DNA of 64,000 nucleotides from an uncultured Solibacteraceae bacterium (GTDB lineage Bacteria; Acidobacteriota; Terriglobia; 20CM-2-55-15): NCBI GenBank assembly GCA_964633285.1, contig CAZWGA010000001.1, positions 126,038 to 190,037 of the forward strand, read 5' to 3'. Shown piece by piece: positions 55,504 to 64,000 of this stretch (position 1 is its first letter; each line of letters starts with the position of its first letter). The notes under the pieces were generated by a model. It saw only the letters and a program-made list of their open reading frames with translations, ran no database searches and was not told where the DNA came from. The position numbers and the translations under genes were made by a program.

Positions 55504-55911
55504 ATGGGACCACGACGAAAAGCCAGAGAGTACGCGCTTCAAATGCTTTTCCAATGGGATATCACACACGACACGGTCGAGCAGATCGCATCAACCTTCT
55601 TCGAAAACGTGGAAGAATCCACCGGTGTTGTGAATTTTGCCCGCGCTCTGGTGACGCGTACCGTCGAGCACGTAGAGGAGATCGATGCATTGATTCAACG
55701 TCATGCCGAGCACTGGCGCCTGGATCGCATGGCTACCGTCGATCGCAATCTGCTTCGCCTTGCCGCACAGGAGTTTCTTTACGACAAGGAAACGCCGAAG
55801 ACAGTCGTTATCAATGAGGCTATCGAGATTGCCCGGAGATTCAGCGCTCAGGAATCGCCTCAGTTCATCAACGGCATTCTGGACAGTATCAAGAAGGAAT
55901 TGGAAAGTTAA
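55504..55911 (+). CDS. nusB: transcription antitermination factor NusB
   Basis: RRKAREYALQMLFQWD...WRLDRMATVDRNLLRLAAQE is the NusB signature. Confidence 0.9.
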   Translation: MGPRRKAREYALQMLFQWDITHDTVEQIASTFFENVEESTGVVNFARALVTRTVEHVEEIDALIQRHAEHWRLDRMATVDRNLLRLAAQEFLYDKETPKTVVINEAIEIARRFSAQESPQFINGILDSIKKELES

Positions 55912-57383
55912 TGGATCCACTCGAACAAATTCGAATTCAGAAGCTCAAGGACATTCAGGCCCTCGGTTACGATCCCTATCCCACATTTTTCCGCAATACT
56001 CACACGCTTGCGGACGTCGGAAAACAATTCTCTGAACGAACAGCGGAGGATCTGGAACACGCCAAAATCAAGGTTCGGGTAGCCGGGCGCATTCTCACAA
56101 ATCGCCCCTTCGGAAAGGCCGGATTCATCACTCTTTCCGACGGTGAAGGCCAGTTGCAGGTTTATGCCAAGAAGGATCAACTGCCCGAGCGCGACTTTCA
56201 GTTGTACAAACTGCTCGATATCGGGGACTTCATCGGAGTGGAGGGCACTCTTTTCCGCACGCGTACCGGAGAACTCACTGTTCTTGCCGCTGAGATGACG
56301 TTTCTCGCTAAATGTTTTCTGCCTTTACCGGAGAAGTGGCATGGTCTGAAGGATATTGAGATCCGATATCGGCAGCGGTATGTGGATCTCGTCGTGAATC
56401 GCGAAGTGCGTGATGTGTTCGTCAAGCGCAGCACGGTGATTCGTGAGTTGCGGCGATTCCTGGATGATCGGGGATATCTCGAAGTTGAAACTCCGATCCT
56501 GCATCCCATTGCCGGGGGAGCGCTCGCGAAGCCATTCAAGACGCATCACAACGCGCTGGACATGGCTTTGCATCTGCGAATCGCGCCGGAACTCTATCTG
56601 AAACGTCTGATCGTTGGCGGCCTGAACCGGGTCTACGACCTGAATCGAATCTTCAGGAACGAAGGGATTTCAACACGCCACAATCCCGAATTCACAATGC
56701 TCGAGTTTTACCAGGCGTACAGCAACTACACCGATCTCATGGACCTGACCGAAGAAATGATCACGGGCATCGCTGAGAAAGTAAACGGATCGAAGCTCAC
56801 AACCTATGACGATCAGCAAATCGATTTCGGCAAATGGGCGCGACTTTCGATGAAGGAAGCCATCCTCAAGTTCGCTCCCGATAAGATCTCGGAGGACGTT
56901 TTAAACGACCGCGCGGCAGTCGGCGGGGCTTTGAAACAATTGCATGTTGATTACGACTCGAATCTGCCTCTGGGAAATATGATCGGCATGTTGTTCGAAG
57001 CGGTTGCGGAGCAGCACCTCGTCCAGCCGACGTTCATCTACGACTATCCGATCGAGTTGTCTCCGCTTTCCAAACAGAAAGCCAGTGACCCTTCTCTTGT
57101 GGAGCGGTTTGAATTGTTTATCGGCGGAATGGAAGTAGCGAACGGGTATTCCGAGTTGAATGATCCCATCGATCAACGCGACCGCTTCCTTTCGCAGTTG
57201 CAGGCGCGCGAGCGTGGCGACGAGGAAGCACACCAGATGGACGACGATTACATCAGAGCTCTGAGTTACGGCATGCCGCCGACTGCGGGCGAAGGCATCG
57301 GCGTCGATCGATTGACGATGCTGTTGACCAACTCGACATCCATTCGCGATGTGATTCTGTTTCCGCACTTGAGGGCGGAATGA
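55911..57383 (+). CDS. lysS: lysine--tRNA ligase (class II)
   Basis: OB-fold anticodon-binding N-domain plus class II motifs (FRNEGISTRHNPEFTMLEFY; GIGVDRLTMLL). Confidence 0.9.
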   Translation: MDPLEQIRIQKLKDIQALGYDPYPTFFRNTHTLADVGKQFSERTAEDLEHAKIKVRVAGRILTNRPFGKAGFITLSDGEGQLQVYAKKDQLPERDFQLYKLLDIGDFIGVEGTLFRTRTGELTVLAAEMTFLAKCFLPLPEKWHGLKDIEIRYRQRYVDLVVNREVRDVFVKRSTVIRELRRFLDDRGYLEVETPILHPIAGGALAKPFKTHHNALDMALHLRIAPELYLKRLIVGGLNRVYDLNRIFRNEGISTRHNPEFTMLEFYQAYSNYTDLMDLTEEMITGIAEKVNGSKLTTYDDQQIDFGKWARLSMKEAILKFAPDKISEDVLNDRAAVGGALKQLHVDYDSNLPLGNMIGMLFEAVAEQHLVQPTFIYDYPIELSPLSKQKASDPSLVERFELFIGGMEVANGYSELNDPIDQRDRFLSQLQARERGDEEAHQMDDDYIRALSYGMPPTAGEGIGVDRLTMLLTNSTSIRDVILFPHLRAE

Positions 57384-58594
57384 AATTCGAGTTTCTTGTC
57401 GCGGTTCGCTACCTGAAGGCCAAACGCAAACAGGCCGTGATCTCGCTGATCACAATCATTTCGATTGTCGGTGTTGGAGCCGGTGTGGCTGCGCTTATCA
57501 TCGCGCTCGCGATCGAGGATGGATTTCGCGAAGAACTCCAGCGCAAACTGCTCCAGGCGCAACCGCATGTCTCCATCGTTTCACGGGGGCGAACCGGCAT
57601 CGCGAACTACATGCAGGTCGCTAAGGAGGTGGAGCAGGTTCCGGGTGTGCTCTTTGCGGCTCCGTCCGTCTATCAGACAGTGCTGGCTTCGAGTGGTTCT
57701 CAGAATAAGGGCGTGATTCTGAAGGGCATCATTCCCGATATGGAAACGCGATTATCGGCGTTGTCCCAAAACATGTCGGAAGGGAATCTCAACGACTTCA
57801 AAGATGATTCGATTGTCATAGGAGCAGAGCTTGCAAAGACGCTGGGGGTTTCAAGGGGTGGTCACGTCCAGATCACGAGTGCGGAGACGCGCCTGTCGCC
57901 GGTGGGAAGAGTTCCCCGAAGCCGCATTCTTGAAGTGAAAGGCATTTTCTCATCAGGCTTGTCCGACTACGATTCGTCGTGGGTTTACGTGCCGCTGGCT
58001 TCGGCACAACGCCTGTTGGGTATCGGCGACGTTGCGCAAAACATCGAGGCGGCGGTGTCGGACATTTGGAAAGCAAAAAGCATCGGTCAAAAAATCGTCG
58101 ATCGGCTCGGTACGAATTTCGATTTCACCGATTGGATGACGCTGAACCAGACCACGTTTCAGGCGTTGGCGCTTGAACGGAATGTGATGTTCATCACCAT
58201 CGGGCTGATTGTTCTGGTAGCAGGCCTCAACATTGTCGCCACACTGATCATGATGGTCCTGGAGAAGACTCGCGATATCGCCATCCTGATGTCGATGGGA
58301 GCCACGAATGAAAACATTCGCCGCATCTTCATTCTTCAGGGTGTGATCATCGGAGTAGTGGGCACGGTTTGCGGCGTCATCGTGGGACAGATCGTGTGTC
58401 ACTTTGCCGATCAATACCATCTGGTCAGCCTCGCTCCCGACGTCTATCCACTGGCTTACGTTCCTTTCAAAGCTGCTCCAATCGCATCGGCAATGGTTGC
58501 CGCCTCGGCGATTTTGATCAGTTTCCTGGCGACGCTCTATCCCTCGGCCGCAGCTTCCAAACTGCAGCCTGTAGAGGCTCTGCGGTATGAATAG
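57380..58594 (+). CDS. lolE: lipoprotein-releasing system permease (LolC/LolE, FtsX-like MacB-type)
   Basis: MKFEFLVAVRYLKAKRKQAVISLITIISIVGVGAGV N-terminus typical of LolC/E. Four TM helices with a large periplasmic loop. Adjacent to LolD. Confidence 0.8.
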   Translation: MKFEFLVAVRYLKAKRKQAVISLITIISIVGVGAGVAALIIALAIEDGFREELQRKLLQAQPHVSIVSRGRTGIANYMQVAKEVEQVPGVLFAAPSVYQTVLASSGSQNKGVILKGIIPDMETRLSALSQNMSEGNLNDFKDDSIVIGAELAKTLGVSRGGHVQITSAETRLSPVGRVPRSRILEVKGIFSSGLSDYDSSWVYVPLASAQRLLGIGDVAQNIEAAVSDIWKAKSIGQKIVDRLGTNFDFTDWMTLNQTTFQALALERNVMFITIGLIVLVAGLNIVATLIMMVLEKTRDIAILMSMGATNENIRRIFILQGVIIGVVGTVCGVIVGQIVCHFADQYHLVSLAPDVYPLAYVPFKAAPIASAMVAASAILISFLATLYPSAAASKLQPVEALRYE

Positions 58595-58596
58595 GA

Positions 58597-59268
58597 ATGA
58601 TTGAAGCGCGCAACCTCACGAAGATCTACAAGACACCGGCAGCGCAAGTCATCGTGTTTGAAGACCTCAATCTTGTGGTCAAGCATGGCAGTCTGGTCGC
58701 GATAATTGGTCCTTCGGGTGCTGGAAAGAGCACGCTTCTTCACCTGTTCGGCGGGCTGGATACGCCGACAAGAGGTGATGTGGTCTTTAACAATCAGAGC
58801 ATTTTCCAGTGGAACGTTCAGGAACTGGCCCGTTTTAGAAACCGGCACGTCGGGTTTGTCTTCCAGTTTCATCATCTTCTGCCGGAATTCACAACGCTGG
58901 AAAACACGACGATCCCGCAGTTGATTCGCGGTAGCAGCCGAGCGGAGGCGGAGTCCATGGCACGCCAGATTCTGGAACGTGTCGGCCTGTCCCACCGCCT
59001 GGACCACAAAGTTGGTGAGATATCAGGCGGAGAGCAGCAGCGTGTCGCCATTGCGCGTGCTTTGGCGGGAAAGCCGCAGTTGCTTTTAGCCGATGAGCCT
59101 ACGGGAAATCTCGATCATCGAACCGGGGAAGTCATTTTCGGGATGATTCGCGAATTGCATGCCGAGAGAGACCTGACTTCGGTCATCGTGACGCATAATG
59201 AACGAATCGCCGTCCAATGCGATGAGGTTTGGGAACTCGATGCAGGAGTCTTCCGCCGGACGGCGTAA
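58597..59268 (+). CDS. lolD: lipoprotein-releasing ABC transporter ATP-binding protein
   Basis: Walker [13 protein letters not shown] signature [14 protein letters not shown] and Walker [13 protein letters not shown]. Confidence 0.85.
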   Translation: MIEARNLTKIYKTPAAQVIVFEDLNLVVKHGSLVAIIGPSGAGKSTLLHLFGGLDTPTRGDVVFNNQSIFQWNVQELARFRNRHVGFVFQFHHLLPEFTTLENTTIPQLIRGSSRAEAESMARQILERVGLSHRLDHKVGEISGGEQQRVAIARALAGKPQLLLADEPTGNLDHRTGEVIFGMIRELHAERDLTSVIVTHNERIAVQCDEVWELDAGVFRRTA

Positions 59269-59363
59269 AATTTCATTATTGTGGGACTTATGCGCTTCGT
59301 TTAGAATCAGATTCAGCCGCAAAATCCATCGGACCAGCGGTACATTGAGAGAATCAAAAACAT

Positions 59364-61808
59364 ATGTTCGAACGATACACTGAGAGAGCACGGAGGGTCA
59401 TTTTCTTTGCCCGCTACGAAGCTAGCCAGTTTGGAAGTACGACCATTGAGACCGAGCATCTGCTTCTGGGATTAATCCGCGAAGACAAGAATCTGACCAA
59501 TCGTTTCCTTCGAAATCATTCCTCAATTGAAAGTATTCGTAAGGAAATTGAAGGCCGTACAACGATTCGGGAAAAGGTTTCAACCTCGATCGATCTTCCG
59601 CTTTCGAACGAATGTAAGCGCATTCTGGCCTATGCCGCCGAAGAGGCCGAACGCTTGAATCACAGGCATATCGGCACCGAACATCTTCTGCTTGGAATAC
59701 TTCGTGAAGAGAAGTGCGTTGCAGCCGAGATTCTTCATGAACGTGGACTGCGGCTTAATGCCATACGCGAGGAGTTGGCCCGATCGGTAGTGGATCGGCA
59801 GACGTTGATCAAACCCAAAGAGACTCCGCTGTTGAGCGAATTCTCTCGGGATCTCACGCAAGCTGCAATGGATGGAGTTCTGGATCCGCTGGTGGGCCGT
59901 GATGCGGAAATTGATCGCGTGATTCAAATCCTTTGCCGCCGGACAAAGAACAATCCAGTGCTGATTGGCGATCCCGGCGTCGGAAAGACAGCCATCGTCG
60001 AGGGACTCGCGCAGCGCATCGTTGACGGCGAAGTCCCGTCATTCCTTGCTGACAAGCGCATTCTCGTGCTGGACCTTTCCCTGATCGTGGCCGGGACGAA
60101 GTATCGCGGCCAGTTCGAAGAACGCCTCAAAACGATCATGAAAGAACTCGTCGACAATCCCAACACGGTGGTTTTTATCGATGAGTTGCATACTCTTGTG
60201 GGCGCAGGATCCGCCGAGGGATCTCTGGATGCCGCGAACATCCTGAAGCCGGCGCTATCGCGCGGTGAGATTCAGTGCATCGGTGCCACCACACCCGCGG
60301 AATATCGGAAGTCCATTGAGAAAGACCGCTCACTCGAACGCCGGTTCCAGTCCGTGAAAGTCGGCGCTCCCAGTGAGAACGAAGCCGTGCGAATTCTTCA
60401 GGGTGTGAAATCCCGATACGAAAAATTCCACATGGTGAATTACACGGACGAGGCCATCGAGTCTGCCGTGTATCTCTCCAATCGGTATATTCCCGACCGG
60501 TTTTTGCCGGATAAGGCGATCGACGTCCTCGACGAAGCCGGCGCTCGCGTGAAACTGCGGCAGGCGACGCTGCCTTCCGAAATGACAGACATTCAGCGCC
60601 GAATCAAATTTATCGTAGCGCGGATGGAGAGCGCTATTTCCAGCAAGGACTTCGAAAAAGCGGAACATTACAAGAATCAGGAACAACTCGAGCGCGAGAA
60701 CCTGCGAAGCGTTCGTGAGAAGTTCAATATCAGTGAAACGACGAGCATGGGCGTCGTCACGAAGAGTGACATCGAAGACGTGGTTTCGCGTTGGACCGGC
60801 GTGCCGGTGAATTCGATCAAAGAAGAGGAAATGCAGCGCCTGTCGCGAATCGAAGAGGAACTGCATCGCCGCATCGTCAGCCAGGAACAAGCCATCAACG
60901 CCCTGGCTCGAGCCATCCGCCGTTCGCGGGCGGGGTTGAAGTCGCCGCATCGTCCTGCGGGATCGTTCCTGTTCCTTGGGCCGACCGGCGTTGGAAAAAC
61001 AGAAATGGCGCGGTCGCTCGCGCAATTCCTGTTCGGTAGTGAGAAGGCCCTCATTCGCTTCGATATGTCCGAATTCATGGAGAAGCATTCGGTTTCGAAG
61101 CTGATCGGGTCGCCCCCGGGATACGTCGGGTACGAGGAAGGCGGACAGTTAACCGAGCGCGTGAAGCGCAACCCGTATTCTGTGATTCTTCTGGATGAAA
61201 TCGAGAAGGCTCACCCGGATGTTTACAACATCCTGTTGCAGGTCTTTGAAGACGGGCACCTGACTGATGGGCTCGGCAATACGATCGACTTTAAGAACAC
61301 GATCATCATCATGACGTCGAACATCGGTGCGCGATTCCTCTCCAAGCACACCAGCCTTGGGTTCCAGGGGCCGAGCGAGGAGACGACCGCTCAGAAGATG
61401 GAAGACGCGGTGATGCAGGAAGTGAAGCGGTTGTTTAATCCCGAATTCATCAACCGCCTCGATGAAATCATCATCTTCAATTCGTTGACGAACGAAGACC
61501 TCAGCCGCATCGTCGACATGATGATCGCTCAACTTAACGAGAACCTCGCCCACAAGAGGCTGGAGGTTACGATTACCGACGACGCCAAGCAATGGATACT
61601 GGATAAAGCCTGCCGCGACCGAAACTACGGGGCGAGGCCCCTCCGTCGCGCAATCCAGCGTTATATCGAGGATCCGTTGTCGGAGGCTCTCATTCAGGGA
61701 AACCTCAAGGAATTGTCAAAGGTTGAGGTTTACATGGATGGCGGCCAGTTGTGGTACCGCCCGTTTGACAGGGATCGCGAAGAAGTCGGCGTCCCGCTGA
61801 CCATGTAG
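59364..61808 (+). CDS. clpC: ATP-dependent Clp protease ATP-binding subunit (ClpC/ClpA-B family, two AAA+ domains)
   Basis: Clp_N repeats ([33 protein letters not shown]) and two Walker A motifs ([18 protein letters not shown]). Confidence 0.9.
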   Translation: MFERYTERARRVIFFARYEASQFGSTTIETEHLLLGLIREDKNLTNRFLRNHSSIESIRKEIEGRTTIREKVSTSIDLPLSNECKRILAYAAEEAERLNHRHIGTEHLLLGILREEKCVAAEILHERGLRLNAIREELARSVVDRQTLIKPKETPLLSEFSRDLTQAAMDGVLDPLVGRDAEIDRVIQILCRRTKNNPVLIGDPGVGKTAIVEGLAQRIVDGEVPSFLADKRILVLDLSLIVAGTKYRGQFEERLKTIMKELVDNPNTVVFIDELHTLVGAGSAEGSLDAANILKPALSRGEIQCIGATTPAEYRKSIEKDRSLERRFQSVKVGAPSENEAVRILQGVKSRYEKFHMVNYTDEAIESAVYLSNRYIPDRFLPDKAIDVLDEAGARVKLRQATLPSEMTDIQRRIKFIVARMESAISSKDFEKAEHYKNQEQLERENLRSVREKFNISETTSMGVVTKSDIEDVVSRWTGVPVNSIKEEEMQRLSRIEEELHRRIVSQEQAINALARAIRRSRAGLKSPHRPAGSFLFLGPTGVGKTEMARSLAQFLFGSEKALIRFDMSEFMEKHSVSKLIGSPPGYVGYEEGGQLTERVKRNPYSVILLDEIEKAHPDVYNILLQVFEDGHLTDGLGNTIDFKNTIIIMTSNIGARFLSKHTSLGFQGPSEETTAQKMEDAVMQEVKRLFNPEFINRLDEIIIFNSLTNEDLSRIVDMMIAQLNENLAHKRLEVTITDDAKQWILDKACRDRNYGARPLRRAIQRYIEDPLSEALIQGNLKELSKVEVYMDGGQLWYRPFDRDREEVGVPLTM

Positions 61809-61887
61809 AAAGCTACAAACCAAATAGGCCAAAGCCAGTCTAAATCCCTCCATTTATAGTAGAATTCACGGGTTGGAGGAGTGGAAG

Positions 61888-64000
61888 ATGGTCCTAACAG
61901 TGGTGCTGGCTCTGGCTTTCGGTATCGTTGAGCCACAGGCGCTGCAAACCCCGGATCCGGACCGCATCGAAGAAGTCCGAGTTGAAGGAAACCGCAGTAT
62001 TCCGTCCGACACGATCAAGTTCAACCTCCAAACCAAGCCGAATGGCCGTTTCAGCATGGATGTTATCCGGCGTGATATCAAGACGCTCTACGCCCAGGGT
62101 TACTTCGACGATATTCGAGTGGAGGAGGAACAAGGCAAAACAGGAAGAATCATTCACTTCATTGTTCGTGAAAAGCGGACCATTCGAAGCGTTAAGTACG
62201 AAGGCCTGAGTTCCCTCACAAATTCAGAAGTCATTGATAAGCTGAAAGAAAAGAAAGCCGTAATCAGCCAGGAATCGCGTTACGACCCCACCAAGATCAA
62301 GAAGGCGGAAACCGTCATCAAGATGATGCTGGCCGAGAAGGGCCATCAGGATGCGACTGTGGAAGCAACCACGGAAGACATTCCGCCGAGCTCCATCGCA
62401 GTGACGTTCAAAGTGGACGAAGGACCGAAGATTCGTATCCAGAAGATTGCCATTGAGGGAAACAAGGTCTTCTCGGATCGCCAGATCAAGAAAGCGATGA
62501 AACTGATCAAGGAGGCCGGCCCGATTACCGCCTTTACCAGCAAGGATACTTACTTCGATCTGAAACTGGCCGATGACCTCACCCGTATCCGCATGCTGTA
62601 TGCGGAACACGGATATGTCCGTGCGAATATTCTCGATCCGGTCGTCGAAACGAAACCTCAGCAGCTTATGCGGACGCTGCCGTTGATCCGGCCGCCGTTT
62701 CCGTGGGGAATCCCTCTTCCATTCTGGAAAAAGACGCTCGATCGCTACTACATTACGATCAACATCGAAGAGAACGATCAGTATCGGGTGGGTGAAGTGA
62801 AAGTGACCGGGGCCAAACAGTATCCGGAAGCATTTATTCGGCTCGTGCTGGGCCTTGTGCCGGGTGAGGTCTTCAACGAAGAGCGGCTGCGCAAGAGTTT
62901 TGAGAACTTAAAGAAAATTTACGGCGGCAGGGGCTATATCAATTTCACCGCGGTTCCAATTCAGGACTTTGATGAAACCAAGAAGGTGGTCAACCTCAAC
63001 ATTAACGTGGATGAGGACCGCCAGTTCTACGTGAATCGCATTGCGTTTTCCGGAAACACAACCACCCGCGACAAGGTCATTCGCCGGGAAATCATGGTGG
63101 CGGAAGGGCAGATTTTCAATTCATCGGCGTGGGATATGAGTCTTCAGCGCCTGAATCAGCTGGGTTATTTTGAAGAAATCAAAACGGAAGATGCCGAAGT
63201 CAAACCGAGCAACACGGAACCCCAGGTCGACATCAATCTGAAAGTCAAAGAGAAGGGCCGTAATTCGATCGGATTCAACGGCGGCGTCAGTGGCATCGGC
63301 GGTAGTTTCATGGGTCTTAGTTATGAGACAAACAATTTTCTCGGATTCGGTGAGACTCTTGCGGTCACTCTTCAGGGCGGAACCCGCCAGTCGCAATACC
63401 AATTCAGTTTCACTGAACCCTATCTCTTCGACCGGCCGCTCTCTGCGGGATTCTCGGTCTTCAATACGAGCTATCGGTACGATCAGGCGCGCGAGTTCTT
63501 TGGGTTGGATCCGAGCAAGCTGCCGCAAGGCCTTGGTTTTGAAAATCGTTTGAACTTCGAACAGAAGGGATCGGGATTCAACGTCTTTGGAAGCTATCCA
63601 TTCAAGATCTGGAATCGCTTTGGTTTGAATTTCGGGATCAATCATTCGCAAACGAGCGCGATCAATCCCGCGACCGAAGAATACTTCAATTCCGTTACGA
63701 CCCAGAATAACCAGTCCTTCATCTCGACAACGGGTGGTGGCGGCTTTTCAAATTTTCACGCCCACACTTTGATTCCGAGCTTCAGCTTCAACAAGACGAA
63801 CGGACCTGCGCTCAGTCCCACAAGCGGATCCAGCCTTTCTGCAACATTTGAGTACACAGGTGGATTTCTCGGCGGCACTGTCAATTACTATCGTCCGACC
63901 GTGGACTACCGGTACTATCACCCCTTGAACAAAGGGCGAAACACGCTGGCGGTTCGATTCCTGAGTTCATTCGTTCAGGGATACCGGGGTACGGCAGTTC
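61888..64000 (+). CDS. bamA: outer membrane protein assembly factor BamA (partial, 3' end beyond window)
   Basis: GGAGGA SD then the ATG at 61888. Signal peptide followed by POTRA repeats (IEEVRVEGNRSIPSDTIKFNL...; IQKIAIEGNKVFSDRQIKKAM; VGEVKVTGAKQYPEAFI). Open to the window end. Confidence 0.85.
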   Translation, partial: MVLTVVLALAFGIVEPQALQTPDPDRIEEVRVEGNRSIPSDTIKFNLQTKPNGRFSMDVIRRDIKTLYAQGYFDDIRVEEEQGKTGRIIHFIVREKRTIRSVKYEGLSSLTNSEVIDKLKEKKAVISQESRYDPTKIKKAETVIKMMLAEKGHQDATVEATTEDIPPSSIAVTFKVDEGPKIRIQKIAIEGNKVFSDRQIKKAMKLIKEAGPITAFTSKDTYFDLKLADDLTRIRMLYAEHGYVRANILDPVVETKPQQLMRTLPLIRPPFPWGIPLPFWKKTLDRYYITINIEENDQYRVGEVKVTGAKQYPEAFIRLVLGLVPGEVFNEERLRKSFENLKKIYGGRGYINFTAVPIQDFDETKKVVNLNINVDEDRQFYVNRIAFSGNTTTRDKVIRREIMVAEGQIFNSSAWDMSLQRLNQLGYFEEIKTEDAEVKPSNTEPQVDINLKVKEKGRNSIGFNGGVSGIGGSFMGLSYETNNFLGFGETLAVTLQGGTRQSQYQFSFTEPYLFDRPLSAGFSVFNTSYRYDQAREFFGLDPSKLPQGLGFENRLNFEQKGSGFNVFGSYPFKIWNRFGLNFGINHSQTSAINPATEEYFNSVTTQNNQSFISTTGGGGFSNFHAHTLIPSFSFNKTNGPALSPTSGSSLSATFEYTGGFLGGTVNYYRPTVDYRYYHPLNKGRNTLAVRFLSSFVQGYRGTAV

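Noticed and set aside
1..64000. Scan for CRISPR arrays, IS elements, integrases, tRNA/rRNA genes and large direct repeats.
   Set aside because: No regularly spaced direct repeats, transposase or recombinase-like ORFs, or structured RNA gene signatures were recognised. The only repeats are protein-level paralogs (two wzc, two wbuX-like, two GT4, two SGNH, two sugar transferases).

Overview
This is a GC-rich bacterial chromosomal window with tightly packed, often overlapping genes. No rRNA, tRNA, CRISPR array, transposase or integrase was found.

Positions 1 to about 42.8 kb form one very large cell-surface polysaccharide (EPS/O-antigen-like) locus:
- Several nucleotide-sugar tailoring pathways: an acetamidino-sugar module (HisH/HisF paralogs plus two WbuX-type N-acetyl sugar amidotransferases); an AsnB-like amidotransferase; a WbpB/WbpD/WbpE-like and a PglF/PglE/PglC-like 2,4(3)-diacetamido sugar gene set; and an FdtA-like ketoisomerase plus aminotransferase pair.
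- About ten glycosyltransferases (GT2, GT4 and one GT-C).
- Two small priming phosphoglycosyl transferases.
- An assembly core of Wza-like exporter and Wzy/O-antigen-ligase-like polymerase, flanked by two divergent paralogous Wzc/GumC-type tyrosine autokinase co-polymerases.
- A SAM methyltransferase.
- A carbamoyltransferase-SxtJ-DUF5989 module flanked by two membrane-anchored SGNH hydrolases.
- A gene for a PEP-CTERM (exosortase-sorted) protein preceded by a -24/-12 sigma-54-like promoter.
- An adjacent GT2 (DPM1-like) plus GT-C (PMT_2/ArnT-like) pair.

Positions 43 to 47.5 kb hold a regulatory/envelope module: a secreted FecR-domain protein with an Ala/Gln-rich tail, an ECF sigma factor with a cotranscribed membrane HlyD-like protein, a receiver-less sigma-54 activator (GAFTTA variant), an ABM-domain protein and a ComEA-like HhH protein.

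Positions 47.5 to 64 kb are mainly housekeeping genes: wecB, a DsbD-alpha-like secreted protein, pgsA, a PDZ-DUF512 protein, two cyclophilins, a thiolase/hbd/crotonase cluster, ribH-nusB, lysS, lolE-lolD, clpC and a partial bamA.

No exosortase and no Wzx flippase are visible in this window. Several small or alternative-start genes (DUF5989, SxtJ-like, the carbamoyltransferase GTG start) are hidden inside longer spurious ORFs of the six-frame track.
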